A stretch of 64,000 nucleotides of DNA, from NCBI GenBank assembly GCA_025786725.1, contig JAHLTZ010000020.1, forward strand, positions 248,001-312,000, given 5' to 3'. Position numbers and translations under genes: made by a program. Below are positions 13,759 to 27,177 of the stretch, piece by piece (the first letter of the stretch is position 1; every line of letters starts with the position of its first letter). The notes beneath the pieces were generated by a model, which had not been told where the DNA came from, made no database searches, and worked only from the letters and a program-made list of their open reading frames with translations. Source of the DNA: Syncephalis fuscata S228 (Eukaryota; Fungi; Zoopagomycota).

Positions 13759-15919
13759 ATGGGGAACAGGCAAGGCAAGGCGCTTACTTACCACGGCAAC
13801 GACCGGAGTCTGGCTAAAATGGCCGCTCGTAGCCGTCACCAACATTGTACTGATCTCGATGACGTCCCACACTTATCAAACTCTCCTACTCAAGGAGAAT
13901 TTCCAAAAGTCGATGTTATGAACGACGCCGCCTCTGCTAACTTCGGCACGCCTGAAGGGATGCACTTGTCTGACTTTGAACTTATCCGTTCAGTAGGGCG
14001 CGGCTCGTTTGGACGCGTAATGATTGTGAGTCGACGGTCCGACCAGCGCACATTTGCACTTAAATACATTTCAAAGTCGCAGTGCGTGCGCCAAAAGGCC
14101 GTGCGCAATATTATTAACGAACGCCGTATTCTTCAGCGTCTTTCTCATCCGCTGGTTTGTAATTTACAGGCCGCGTTTCAAGACGACGAGCACATGTATA
14201 TTATGCTAGATCCTATGATGGGTGGCGATTTAGCCTTTCATCTTGAACGATGCGAATATTTTCCAGAAAATGTAGTAAAGTTTTATATATGTGAAATTGC
14301 ATTAGCACTTCGCTATTTGCATAAACAACGTATTGTTCATCGGTAAGTACTTTTTATCAGCGATTAGCTATATTATTAAATACTGAAATCTATACTCTCC
14401 CACTATTTAGAGATGTAAAACCGGCAAATATTTTACTTGACGAGCGAGGCCATTGTCATTTGACCGACTTTAATGTAGCTGGCCGAATCCGTCGCGATAA
14501 GCCTATGAAGGTCAGTTACTACTTATAAAGGTATAGATGGATCTCTTGCTAATATTACATCATTACCACAGAGTCTTGCTGGTACCTATAGTTATATGGC
14601 CCCAGAAGTATTCCAACAGAAAGGATACTATGAAAGTGTTGATTGGTGGTCATTGGGTGTTCTTATGTTTGAACTACTCTATGGCAAAACTCCTTTCCGT
14701 GGCAAGTCAAAGCGTAGTATTGGCGAAGCTGTTATGAAACACCAAAGTAAGTAGCTTGTAGCAAAATGGCGCAATATTTGTAGCATATTTATTAATAATC
14801 CATATTTTAGTTACCTATCCTAAAAAGATTGATCAAAAGGTATCACCATCGTGCACAGATGCCATTCTTAGCTTTTTAGAGCCTAGAGCACGCGACCGGC
14901 TAGGTTGTAAATACAGACCATTTAAAGAACACCCATACTTTCACGATATGGAATGGGATAAGATTGAAAACAAACAAATAAGCTCACTGTTTCAGCCAGA
15001 TCCGGCCTTGGTCAAAACCGATGCACTGTATCATTTAGAAGAGGTTTTGTTGCACGAGGCCCCGCTTCAGCAAAAGAAACGCAAGAAGAACACCAAGCCT
15101 AAAACTTATCCGGCCGATTCTCCTTGGCAGCTTATGCTTGACGAATTTAAAGATTTTGATCGTGATGTTTGGGAGAAACATCAGCAGGAAGAGGAAGAAC
15201 GGAAACAACAATTGGATCAGAATCGTCTTAGACCAGATATTCCTGTTTATAAAGGACGCAACGAAAATGGCATTTGTAGCTTAGACAGTACGCATAAAGT
15301 ACCGACAGAACGTTTACAGCAGCACTCTGACAACGAAGATGATGGTATGCGCTACCAACGCGCTGTTGCCGAACGTATGCAACGCTTTATGAGCGATGAC
15401 TGGGCCGATACAAATAGCAATGAAACACGTCCCAGTACCGATCAAATAGCTCGGCCCACACCACCGGCCATCTCCGTCGAACAGTCAGAGATTGATAGTA
15501 TTGAAGATGCTATGAAAACACCAAGTCTGCCTACAATGTTGTCACCACCACAGTCACAGTGGAAGAAGCCGCAAAATCGTCAGCTTGCATTGGCCGCGGC
15601 TAATGGTAGCCGATTTGATAATCGAATGAAGATGACTCGTAGTCACAATGATTTACGAAATACAAATAATCATCGTGGCTCGCCCTCTGCGTCATCCACC
15701 GGCAGCACCCGTCTACAAAAAGGTACACCGATATCTGGACTGCCCACACCTGAAGGATCAACAATGACATCCGGTGCTATGGACTATAATGACTACGATG
15801 ACGACTTTTACGGTGATATCGGTAATTTTGGTGAAGATGGAGATGACGACGATGAAGAAGATGAAGAGGACGATGATGAAGACAATGAAAGTGCATCTTA
15901 TCATGGACATTCATGTTAA
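13759..15919 (+). CDS. AGC Ser/Thr kinase, STK32/YANK-like, N-terminal MG myristoylation motif
   Basis: [14 protein letters not shown]|[34 protein letters not shown], and [20 protein letters not shown] as in YANK kinases; acidic tail. Confidence 0.9.
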
Positions 15920-16789
15920 GATACGCAATTACTATTATTATTATATCATTATTATTACTACTACTATCATATTATTATATTATTATCGTTCTTTTCTTCT
16001 TGTCATCGCTGTTAGTGAATAGAATTAAACTAATCATTTCCATCTACGACTTAATGAAGAACTGGGATGGTTAGTTTAATTGCATTATTTGACTTTTTTG
16101 CTTTTTTATTGTAGAAGTTGATTTGTATGTATAACTTCTTCCAATTCATCCACGTTTATGTCTTTTTTCTAGTGCGCATATTTCTGCGTAGTATGATTGC
16201 TTACTTGCTTTTACTATGGCTTCATAGATATACGAATCAATTTATATTTTATCATTTGTCACGATATAACTTGACTAATAAATACCAACAAAATAATACT
16301 AGCTTTAAAAACCGGTACTTTTAAATATAGATAACTAAAATGTGTAGCTATAATGAGTGCATGGTATACATGTATCATCGATGGGGTATATATTATGTAA
16401 TATCAAATGCCATTCATACTTTGGAGTTTATTCCTAGTATCTATTTGTTAATGTTGTCACTATTTTACAAATAAATTATTCTCTACTATATACTCACTAT
16501 TAATATCAAATAGCGTTTGTTTTTTATTGACAGTCTGTTTTATAATACGACTGATGAAGATGTAGTATGCATTTATGTAGTTTAAATAATCAAGTTGAAG
16601 TCTGCAAAAGCACAAGTTAGCAATAAAAATACAGCTTTTTATTAATAAAACATGATTGATTAAATAAATATACAGTAGAATCAATGTACAATGGAAACAA
16701 GATGAAGGGGTAGAGATTATATGCGTATTGAATAGCGATAGTGATGGATCTATAATGATGAGCACTTAATAGCTGATGTTACTTATCAT

Positions 16790-16868
16790 TTAGTTCTATT
16801 GAACATGGGGACAAGTGGTGAGTTTTACTTAATGATTACAGCATCACATTGTTTGTTATTTGGTAATC
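16790..16868 (+). repeat. Partial 120-bp module upstream of the left inverted repeat
   Basis: ttctattgaacatggggacaagtggtgagtttta...acagcatcacatt as at 9850-9905 and 44245-44300. Confidence 0.85.
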
Positions 16869-17633
16869 AAATGACTATTTTTAATAACACCCAATCTATT
16901 GAACATGATGATGGGTGGTGAGTGACATCAATCATCAAATACTCATCATTGTAGATTCATTATCCAGTATACATATATTCTCTATCTATTTATATCGTTG
17001 TTCGCATTATATCCCACACTACTATATACCGTTCTACAATATACTAAACACATTCTAATGTTTATACGCGGCACTATACTTTGCTCATTCGCTCATTACA
17101 TTATATGCACTATAACTTCAGCAGTGTTTCTAATCTTTGTCATTGTATCTTTATTCTATTATCTATTATTTATACACATTCAGTTATGCTCTAAGCAAAA
17201 CTGTTCGTGTTTTTATTCTAGCTTTTTATATGCAAATTCCGGCTAATGTCGCTTATCTGTTCATGTATATATGCCTAATAGCTTCAACACTGCCAATCGC
17301 CACTTGTATTGCATAATCATTATAGCGTATGTATCTTTATTATATAGTATTTAAAAGCTATCTGGAATTGCTGTCCATTTGTTCTAACTTTATTAATAAT
17401 AAAGCTCGGCTTACTTTGCCCATTTCAGCTATCAAAATATATATAATTGAAATCTATAACAAATATAGAAAGAATGTCTAATTTAATTACACGAGTATTA
17501 TTAAACATAGCCATTTGACTATCAATCACAGTATAACTAAATAATTAATCATCATATTTATTTCCACTCAGTACCATGTTCGACCAAACAATTTTTTAGT
17601 TCAACTATGCGAGTGTTATCAAATGTAGTTATT
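16869..17633 (+). mobile_element. ~765-bp MITE/foldback-like unit, left arm of the inverted pair
   Basis: Near-identical reverse complement at 19438-20200; forward module at left end, inverted modules at right end. Confidence 0.88.
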
Positions 17634-17694
17634 TAAAAGCACAAGGCAACAAATAATTATTAAGCAACTGTATTTATAAGCAATAAAGCATTTA

Positions 17695-18851
17695 TTACTG
17701 GTGTAACTGTTTAGACAAATGGAGCCAATATAGCAATGACAAAGAAATAGCTAATATGCCACCAATGCTGCTACTTTTTTTGTCACTACCATTGTTACCA
17801 TTGGTGTCATCACCACTATTTGTGGAGTTTGTAACATTCTTGACTGGCCATAATATTTGACCGCTACAGCTACTTTTTACAATTGTGGTGGATTTCTTAA
17901 AGTGAATATATCTCCTGAAATAGCAAAATAAAGTGTTGTTCCAATGATCTTGTCATTATCACACTGTAGACTAATGCCACCCTTGAACCTGACGTCTTTT
18001 CTAAAAGCATTTATAAACTCATCGATATTCCTTCGATCTCCAGGCTTAATACCAGCAGCAATAAAAGCATTGGAAGGACTATATATGTTGTGAAAAACAA
18101 TAGCTTGCTCAAAATAGTATGTCATATCTATGTTATCCTTGTAAAATCTGCCGTAACACTTGGGACTCAGCGTAGAGATACAGGTACCGTACTTTTTCCA
18201 TTCATGAGTCCTAATAATAAATTAATTAAAACACAATATGCATGAATTGAAACTTTATTACCAAAGTCCACTATTATATCCTTTTTTTGAGGGCCAATAC
18301 GTTATCATGCTGTCATATCTATACGGGTTATTTGACTGGATTTTAGCACCAGCACTCTTGTACTGACGTTCTGAATCACATCCATCTTTAGGTGGAAGTT
18401 CACCATTACTATAATTTAGTGTTAATTGGCTATTTATCATTTATAAGTTGCACAGCTTACCAACCAGTGGGATGAAATCCATGAATGGTAAAATTATTGG
18501 CTGGCCCTAATGTTGTGTCCCACTAGTAATTGTATTAAAACACCGCCATTTATTACTGTTATTATTATAACTTACTTGTAACACTAGTTGAAGAAGACCA
18601 TATTTTGGAACACAACAGAGGTCAGTAGTAGTCGCGTTGGCACTACACGAATAAATCTCTGGACAATTATTTTCGTGTCGAAGGTAACTAACTGGTATGT
18701 CATTTATATTACCAATTAGTATAAAAGCGTCAACCAGCGACAGACTAAGCCCTGACAAAAGCAAAAGGAATAATAGTAGCGACGATAATCTATTATAGAT
18801 TTGTATTGGCAAGGCAAATAAGACAAATGAAGCCTGACTCAATTGCTTCAT
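17695..18851 (-). CDS. Secreted ribonuclease T2-family protein with atypical active site; frameshift near 17890
   Basis: Hydrophobic N-terminus, SCS...DLCCVPKYGL, QWDTTLGPANNFTIHGFHP (CAS I), WTHEWKKYGTC (CAS II), SCSGQILWPVK, hydrophobic C-terminal tail. Confidence 0.9.
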
Positions 18852-19437
18852 GTTTAATCAGCTTACAGTAATATAATTAAAAGGAAATTATGCTGAGAAA
18901 TACAAAGCTAATATAGCGTAGCAATAAATGGTAACTAAAATGAGCAAATAAAAGGGATAATGCGGTGATAAAAGATAATACACCGAGTGCTAATTTATTA
19001 ATAAAATTCCGGTTTTTAACTGACTGATGAGTGGATCATGCACGTTATTCTATGTCTTTGTGTTTGAAACGGGCAACGCTTTAATCTTGATAATGACATA
19101 ATTAGCTTGTCATATTATAATGGCTTCTATCAAGGATTGGATTAATAAACATATTCTTTTACATTTATGTTTTATTATTAATATATTGAACGGTGATGAA
19201 AATGTGTAAATAAGAAGATAAAGCTTTTTCTTAGTTTCATTAAACAAACTTGAAAGCTGATGCCAAATAAAATACGAATGAAACAGATATCAATACTACA
19301 ACTTTAACATATGCTAAAATGGCTGAAAAGGCAATAGTAGAGCAAAGAGCAGATTATTCGAATAACAGAAAAGAGTTGGATGTGTGGCAATTTCAACCAT
19401 GCAAATAACAGCATATCACTAAGAATAGTGGTATTCC

Positions 19438-20200
19438 AATAACTACATTTGATAACATTCGCATAGTTGAACTAAAAAATTGTTTGGTCGAACATGGTAC
19501 TGAGTGGAAATAAATATTGATGATTAATTATTTAGTTATACTGTGATTGATAGTCAAATGGCTATGTTTAATAATACTCGTGTAATTAAATTAGACATTC
19601 TTTCTATATTTGTTATAGATTTAATTATATATATTTTGATAGATGAAATGGGCAAAGTAAGCCGAGCTTTATTATTAATAAAGTTAGAACAAATGGACAG
19701 CAATTCCAGATAGCTTTAAATACTATATAATAAAGATACATACGCTATAATGATTATGCAATACAAAGTGGCGATTGGCAGTGTTGAAGCTATTAGGCAT
19801 ATATACATGACAGATAAGCGACATTAGCCGGAATTTGCATATAAAAAGCTAGAATAAAAACACAAACAGTTTTGCTTAGAGCATAACTGAATGGTATAAA
19901 TAATAGATAATAGAATAAAGATACAATGACAAAGATTAGAAACACTGCTGAAGTTATAGTGCATATAATGTAATGAGCGAATGAGCAAAGTATAGTGCCG
20001 CATATAAACATTAGAATATGTTTAGTGTATTGTAGAATGATACATAGTAGTGTGGGATAGAATGCGAACAACGATATAAATAGATAGAGAATATATGTAT
20101 ACTGAATAATGAATCTACAATGATGAGTATTTGATGATTGATGTCACTCACCACCCATCATCATGTTCAGTAGATTGGATGTTATTAAAAATAGTCATTT
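19438..20200 (-). mobile_element. ~765-bp MITE/foldback-like unit, right arm of the inverted pair
   Basis: Reverse complement of 16869-17633. Confidence 0.88.
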
Positions 20201-20587
20201 AGCACAACATCATTTTAAATTGTTAATAAAATATTTAATATTTGCAAACAAAAAAACTGTTTTACTTAATAAACGTGATAATATATATAATATTGATGTT
20301 TATTGCTTATATTCATACTGCTATACTTTAGTTTTAAACTAAAAGTAATAATAATCTGATATTTACAACGTCTCCTTCAAAACATCATTATATGCGAGAG
20401 AAGTTTGTAGGGATGATTACAGCAAAGTGATGCTAAAAGGCATCTAAGTTGCATAGATATTCAGTTTGTTAATTTTTTAATTTAATAAGCTTTATTATTC
20501 TTTATTGCTTTAATAAACAGTGTGTTTATTCGCTAACAAAATAAAGCGGTATGGCATTATAAATACACAAAAACAATTTATTTTTTA

Positions 20588-22546
20588 TTAAATATTTGTT
20601 GTTTTAAAAAGTGAATATGCAAAATGATACAAAGAAAGGGCATTAAACGAGCCATCTGTTTCTATGGGATTATTTGTACTAATATTATTGCCAGCAGCAT
20701 TGTCGATAGGATTAATGGTAGTAAAGTTGGTGCCATTTGATGGTTTTCTACAAAAACTAGACATTAATGCAGTGGGGCTTGCGTGCCATTCGCCAAAATA
20801 GTTAAATTTAAGCAGTAAATGACCATTAGTCATTGAGACATTAGTGTTCACCAACGATTGCACATCTCTAACTTTAAAACTATCCAACGAATGCTGAACG
20901 GTAGACGATGAAAGACGTGATGCGGACAATCGATTTTGTTGCTGGTACATAGTACTTGAACGTTTTGGCACTGCAGGTATCTTTTTCGGTGGAGGCAGGG
21001 TAGTTAGGACCGAATTGACATCAAATGCATAGCAGGTCGATAAACCGTAAGCATCAGTCATTCCAATCACAATTAGACTACTAAAGATCGGCTCTACTTG
21101 AAGCCAGCTTGCACCGGTAATTGCCATTAGGATATTACCATTATTTAGGTCGAGTATTACGGCCGCCGTATTCTCGTCAGATTGTGTGGCGGCATCGCTT
21201 GCAGGTGGACATGCAACCAGCTTATTAACAGATAAAAGTGGCACCACAATTGAATAGAGATAATTATTCAACCAAACAAATCCAGTCTTTTTATCTTTAT
21301 CGCATGCTAATGTGTTGGCTGTCACGTCAATGATAGCAAGACATCCCTTAGTACCAAAAAGATTACTGCCTTGTAGTAGTACACGCGTGTCATCAAGACG
21401 TGTGCTAGTGAACAGATAGCGAGAAATAGACGATGCCAATTCGATATAGCCTTTTGATTTACATCGCCACTGACAGGTAGACTGGACGACATCCAATTCT
21501 GACATGCCAATTAGGCCTAGTTGCCAACGCAATGCATTGCCAGGGCCGTCGAGTTGATGAGTAAATACAATAGCGCTTTGATTATACATGCCATGGAAAT
21601 GGTATGCCATATTATTAACATCAATAAATTGATAAATACGCTGATCTTTACGATTAAGGTCGATAAGTGTAAGTACTGCTCGTGATACATTAGATGTTGC
21701 AATTGTATTTTTAACTACCGATGCATCAGATGTTGCATTGGGCAATAGCCAAAGTTTAATATTAATATCTGGCTGCTCTGCTGATATACAGGCCAGCCAA
21801 CTATCCTGTATAATAGGCGTGTTACTAACATCGCGTAGTTGCCAAACATGTGGTGCCGATCCAAAATTGTCAATCAGCCAAGAGACAACACGACTCTGAC
21901 TAGCGTTAGACGGTGTCATAGCTACAACGTGTCGCCGTCCCGCCAAAAAGATAGGCCGAAACCGATAGTGAAGCTGTACATCCGGCGGTAACACTAGATT
22001 ATACATCAACGTCCTTTGCAAAGGATCGGTCGACAAAATGGCCATGCACGCCTTGCCCTGTCGACCCGACCACCAAATGCCGCCCCAAACGGCCACCGCA
22101 CATATCTTCCAGTATTCTTCGCGGTCGAGTATCGGCTCTGGCATCTCGCTAGCGGGAATGGAAAGAAATAGCGGCGAGCCCGTCCGCCATCGCCGTCCAA
22201 TCTTATTGCGTAGCATATACAATAAATAAGCATGTTTGTGAGCGTGTGTACACGGTGTCCCTGACTGTGGCTCATTATTGCCATACTCTCGTATTATCCA
22301 GTAGCGTAGCCACGCAATAAGCATATCTTCTACGTTATCAAGCGGGTAGCGTTGATAGTATTCGTGTGTCCAAAATGAACTGTTTCCCTGACAGACATCA
22401 CGAAAGTATTTAGACGTTCTCATCAGCGCATTAACAGTAGCCACATCTCTAGCGAATAGAAGAATATACCAAAGAATCTCCGAAGGAAGTAGTCTTAGCG
22501 ATAATAGGCTACTATAGCGCAGTCGCTGTTTCGATAGAATGGACAT
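20588..22546 (-). CDS. Intronless F-box protein, 652 aa
   Basis: LRLLPSEILWYILLFARDVATVNALMRTSKYFRDVC...FWTHEY F-box; beta-rich C-terminal region. Confidence 0.85.
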   Translation of the reverse strand: MSILSKQRLRYSSLLSLRLLPSEILWYILLFARDVATVNALMRTSKYFRDVCQGNSSFWTHEYYQRYPLDNVEDMLIAWLRYWIIREYGNNEPQSGTPCTHAHKHAYLLYMLRNKIGRRWRTGSPLFLSIPASEMPEPILDREEYWKICAVAVWGGIWWSGRQGKACMAILSTDPLQRTLMYNLVLPPDVQLHYRFRPIFLAGRRHVVAMTPSNASQSRVVSWLIDNFGSAPHVWQLRDVSNTPIIQDSWLACISAEQPDINIKLWLLPNATSDASVVKNTIATSNVSRAVLTLIDLNRKDQRIYQFIDVNNMAYHFHGMYNQSAIVFTHQLDGPGNALRWQLGLIGMSELDVVQSTCQWRCKSKGYIELASSISRYLFTSTRLDDTRVLLQGSNLFGTKGCLAIIDVTANTLACDKDKKTGFVWLNNYLYSIVVPLLSVNKLVACPPASDAATQSDENTAAVILDLNNGNILMAITGASWLQVEPIFSSLIVIGMTDAYGLSTCYAFDVNSVLTTLPPPKKIPAVPKRSSTMYQQQNRLSASRLSSSTVQHSLDSFKVRDVQSLVNTNVSMTNGHLLLKFNYFGEWHASPTALMSSFCRKPSNGTNFTTINPIDNAAGNNISTNNPIETDGSFNALSLYHFAYSLFKTTNI

Positions 22547-22656
22547 GTCTATAACACAATTATACAGATAAAAACATGAAAGTGTAAAAGTTATTTAATC
22601 GATGCAATATTTTTAATTTAAAGTATTTAATATTGTCATCCAATTATCACCTTTCC

Positions 22657-23781
22657 ATGTTGCCTACTGTACGATCGCTAGTTGGATTAGAATCCAAGCA
22701 GCCGCGACACTTTTCTACTTTTCTAGCATGTCGTAAAGCAATTGGTTCGCGTAATCCGTCGCCTAAGCATTTTGAACGTGGTATGCCTGTAATACGTAGT
22801 CGACCGCACGAGATACAGGAAGAACAAACAAAGCTAGCTAGAAATACTACGAATCCTATATCAGATGGGACAAATAGCGATACTAATATTGATAAAACAC
22901 ATCGTTATCCGATTACACTACCGCCTAGCAGAGAAGCACTACAATCAGCTGATCGACTCTTTATGAAGAATGTACCATCTCAGCGTGTATCTGGAATAAG
23001 TATAGAACATTTTACTAAATTATATCAACCAGAGGTAATGTTTATACCAAATAATACTCTATTATCTAATTATTGTTTTAGGTAGCTTTACTAGGACGTA
23101 GTAATGTTGGGGTAGATATTTAATATAAATATATTATAATTAAATATTAATACTATTGTGTAATTAGAAATCATCTTTACTTAATAAGCTATTTGAACGG
23201 AGAAAATTGGCTAAAACGTCAAGCAATCCAGTAAGTTATTTATACCGCCATTAGATAGATTATATAATATGTTTAATAATAATAATAATAATTGTAGGGA
23301 CGAACTAAAATTATTGATATTTATCCAGTTAACGTTAAAATGAGCGTAGTTGATATGCCAGGCTATGGTCGAGGTAGCCGCGTCGAATGGGGTGACTTTA
23401 TATTAAAGTACATAGAGAATCGTAAAGAGTGTGTATTAAATATAAATAATTATATATATATATATAATTCAATATGACTAATAAACAATAGATTGAAACG
23501 AATTATTTACTAATAGATGTACGACGTGGTCTAATCAATACCGATAAAGATATTATCAATATTCTTGATCGAATTCCCACATCATTTCAAGTCATTTTCA
23601 CCAAAATTGACTGTGTCTACGATGATACATATATAAAATGCTGGCGAGCAACAGAAGAATGGCTCACTCAGAATGCAACTAGCTGTTATCCAGAACTGTT
23701 GGGTGTCAGTTCAAAATCAAATCTTGGTATATCTGATTACGCCATGCTATGATGAAAGCATGCAACGTAAAAGTGAAATAA
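22657..23781 (+). CDS. MRX8: EngB/YihA-type GTPase, probably mitochondrial (Mrx8/GTPBP8-like)
   Basis: PE|VALLGRSNVG|KSSLLNKL, SSNP|GRT, VVDMPGYG, LLIDVRRG, FQVIFTKID; multi-exon. Confidence 0.82.
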
Positions 23782-23830
23782 ATAAACGATTAGCTATTTT
23801 AAAGATGTTTATTGACGTAGATTCATATTA

Positions 23831-25196
23831 TCACATTTCCATAGCATCACCATCTTCATCTCCTGAACTAACAACATCTTCCCAGTCTTCTTCGGGACCA
23901 ATAACATCATTATCGTCATCGTCATCATCGTCATCATCTCCACCAGCTCTAGGGGGAAGTGTGGCATTTAATGTCTCTAATAGTTCTTTGGTGTGCTCTA
24001 GAATACCCTCATCTTCATGTTCCAATTGCTGATAAAGCTAATCGTTTAATAGTTGTTAATATCCATAAAATATCCATATATATATTAAATAATGCTTACT
24101 TTTTTGGCTTGTACAAGACATTCACGGGCATCTTCCCATATTTCTGCCCGTCGTTCTGACTCAACATCTGGCTGCTCACCTTGGCAGTAATATGTCCAAC
24201 CAAATAGATACCACATATCGACTGCTTGATCGTCTTCTCTTTGTAGACCGTCTAGAACAGTAATAGCACGGTCGTATTGTTCAAGTTCCAATAAAAGCTT
24301 AACCAAAGCAATACGCGAGTCATAAGGTGGATAAGCAGCATTTTCTACATAAAACATCAATATCATTATGTAAATATTATAGTAAAGTACTTATTGATTA
24401 CTTACGTGGATCCAATTCAATCCATTGGGCAATACTCTGTTCCAATGCTTGTTTTGCTTCATCAGGTCGTTGCTGACTTAATCTTACTGAAGCTAGCGTT
24501 TGGAATACTTCGGGATTTGTTGAATCTGCCTGAATAGCTTGTTGCAGGTAGCTTTCGCATTTCTGTTCTGCATCTGCTTCAAAACTAGTAATGTTATTCA
24601 TTAATAAATCAAATATGCGTATATTATTATAAATACTTACCAGCAGTCGGTCAAATAAATCTCGGTCATAGAGACATAGGCTGAAGAAAGCTGTCGAGCA
24701 AGAATTTTTGCCTCATCTGAATCTGGACCATAAGCAATACGTTCTGCTGTCATTCTTTCTACTGCTTTTTCGTAATACTGTACTGCATCTGGTCCAACAC
24801 TTAACTGGCCCAAGCATAAATATTTCTCGTGTCCTTTATTGGGCTCCAGTTCAATGGACCGCAACCAAAGCTTTAAGTATCACATAGTCAGTTGCTATTC
24901 TACACTGCCTCTCGTCGCTCTTTACTCACATCGTGGGCCTCGTCAAGTAGTCCAAGTTCGGTAGCAACAACCGCTGATGCTTCAACCACGTCTAGATTGT
25001 CAGGTTCAAGATCGAGTGCGTGTTGACAGCACTGGAAGGCCAGTTCTGTTTCGCACTCTTCGATATAGCCGCGTACCTTGCCCAAAAGCTCTTCTACTGT
25101 CAAGGTATCTTCTCCAAGTGCCATTTCACCATTGTTTGTAGTAGTATTACTACTGTTGGCATTATGGGATGCCGCCACAGCCGTGGTATTCTCCAT
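23831..25196 (-). CDS. ACL4: Assembly chaperone of Rpl4 (TPR protein)
   Basis: GHEKYLCLGQL, AYVSMTEIYLTDC|CFEADAEQKCE, FQTLASVRLSQQR, PPYDSRIALVKLLLE, acidic C-terminus. Confidence 0.92.
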
Positions 25197-25530
25197 AACT
25201 GCACTAGTTATAATGGCACGGTGAAAGAAAAAGGACAAGATTGACGAGCAAAAAGAAAAAGACAAATAATCAATTACAAAAAATAAAATAAAAATACGTC
25301 GTCTACACATTAATGACAGTATTATTAATAATAATAAATTGCCATACAATAGTTATTAACCAACTTATAAAATGTCGTAATATTTACTTCTTTGTTTGTT
25401 ACTCTGGTTTTCTTTTGATAATTACAAACATTTCTATTACTCGTGCATTTAAACAAAGCGAATCTTATTGATATAAAAGCTAGCTAGCTGTTTATTCGCG
25501 TTATAGAGAATATTGAACATCGCAGTCTGT

Positions 25531-26752
25531 ATGATGTTCACCCGACAGCTACTTCATCGACACAAGTACCCAGCACTACTTACAACAAGACTGGTAGGGC
25601 GTACTGTCGGCAATACCGCTCAATTATCTTGCAATTACTCAACGCGTAATCTATGGCAATCTACACGGCATGTTGGTTGCATCACGTCACAAAGTGTGTA
25701 TGCTTTGGGTACGTCACGTATTCAACTGACGGCAGTGCAGCCTATTATCCGTCGTCCAATGTCATCCTACTATAATGATAGACCCAATACATCAATTCCT
25801 ATTGCAAGGCCTATACTGTTCACTGTACTTTTAGCTGGTGCTTCTTTCGGTATAGCGGGTATCATCTACGAACAGCGACGCATTTCATTGATACAGCGTG
25901 CACGATCATGGCTACACAAAGATAGACCTTCACTGTCGGAAGTTATTCAAGTACAAAAGGCATCGATAATAGAAAAAACCCGTGCTCACATGGAACGTAT
26001 CAAGGACATTGACGCTTTACCCGAACAAGTTAAACGTATCTATTTTACAGTAATGAATAAATGGTATAGTACAAGTCCAAGTGAACGGTTTCTTGCCGGT
26101 ATTGTTGGCATCAATGCCGCGGTATTTTTAGCCTGGCAAATTCCTCGCCTAACACCGTTTATGGCCCGCCACTTTATGCACTATCCAGGCGTGAGTCAGC
26201 CATACACTTTACTTACTGCATGTTTCAGCCATCGGGAGATATGGCATTTTGGATTCAATATGATGGCCTTGTGGTCGTTTGGTCACGCCGTACTAGGATG
26301 GATGAGTCGTGAAGAGTTTACCGCGTTTTATTTAACAGCCGGCACTTTGGCCTCATTGGGATCACACGTGCTTACGGCCCGTCTTAAGCCGTTATCCGTT
26401 GTTAGCCCAAGCTTAGGAGCCTCTGGTGCTATTTTTGGTCTATTTGCTAGCTGTGCATGGAAGTATCCAGATGCGCAAGTGCATATGATTTTCTTGCCAA
26501 TGCTGCCCATAAAGATTGGACATGGCCTGGCTGGACTAATGGCGTTGGACTTGGTGGGCGCTGTACGTGGATGGCAAATGTTTGATCACTATGTAAGTAG
26601 GCTATTTGTGTAGTTAATCAGCACTGATGTTTTATTGGTTATAGGCTCATTTATCGGGAGCTATTAGTGGGCTATTGTATATGCAATATGGTCATAGCGT
26701 TATTTGGGACGGTATTCAGCAACGACTTATTGCCATTAGAAAATCCGCATAG
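25531..26752 (+). CDS. PCP1: Mitochondrial rhomboid protease (PARL/Pcp1)
   Basis: Presequence-like N-terminus, FSHREIWHFGFNM, SLGASGA, FDHY|AHLSG. Confidence 0.93.
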
Positions 26753-27177
26753 ATCATGCTTGCTTTGTTGAATTGCAGTTGTAGATGTCAAGCATGGCGA
26801 TACAAAAATAAATCATGTATACTGTTTTTCATTCAGTAATTTATAAAACTTAATTTATTTTGTAATTAAATCGTAATTGTTTGTAGACTAGTAACATGTA
26901 GCATGTTATAATTTGTGGTTTGAGCATAATAAACAAATAAGATATAACTTAATAAACAGTTTACCGTTTATTATTACGATATTAATAATAAAATAATTAA
27001 TAGTCGATTATTAAAGAGTATGAGTATAATGTTAGGCCAGTAATATATACTAAGCGATAGAATAGCAAAGCAGCTTATTTAATCAAAAGGCCACTTGGTA
27101 ATTAAATGTATTAACTTATTGATATAATCGTTATATTAAATATTGTAACTAAAACGTTGCTAATGACAATAATAAAA

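Noticed and set aside
16998-20071. Hydrophobic short ORFs within repeat arms (16998-17246, 19793-20071, also 30755-31054 and 31709-31966)
   Set aside because: Expected by chance in T-rich repeats; frames not conserved between copies
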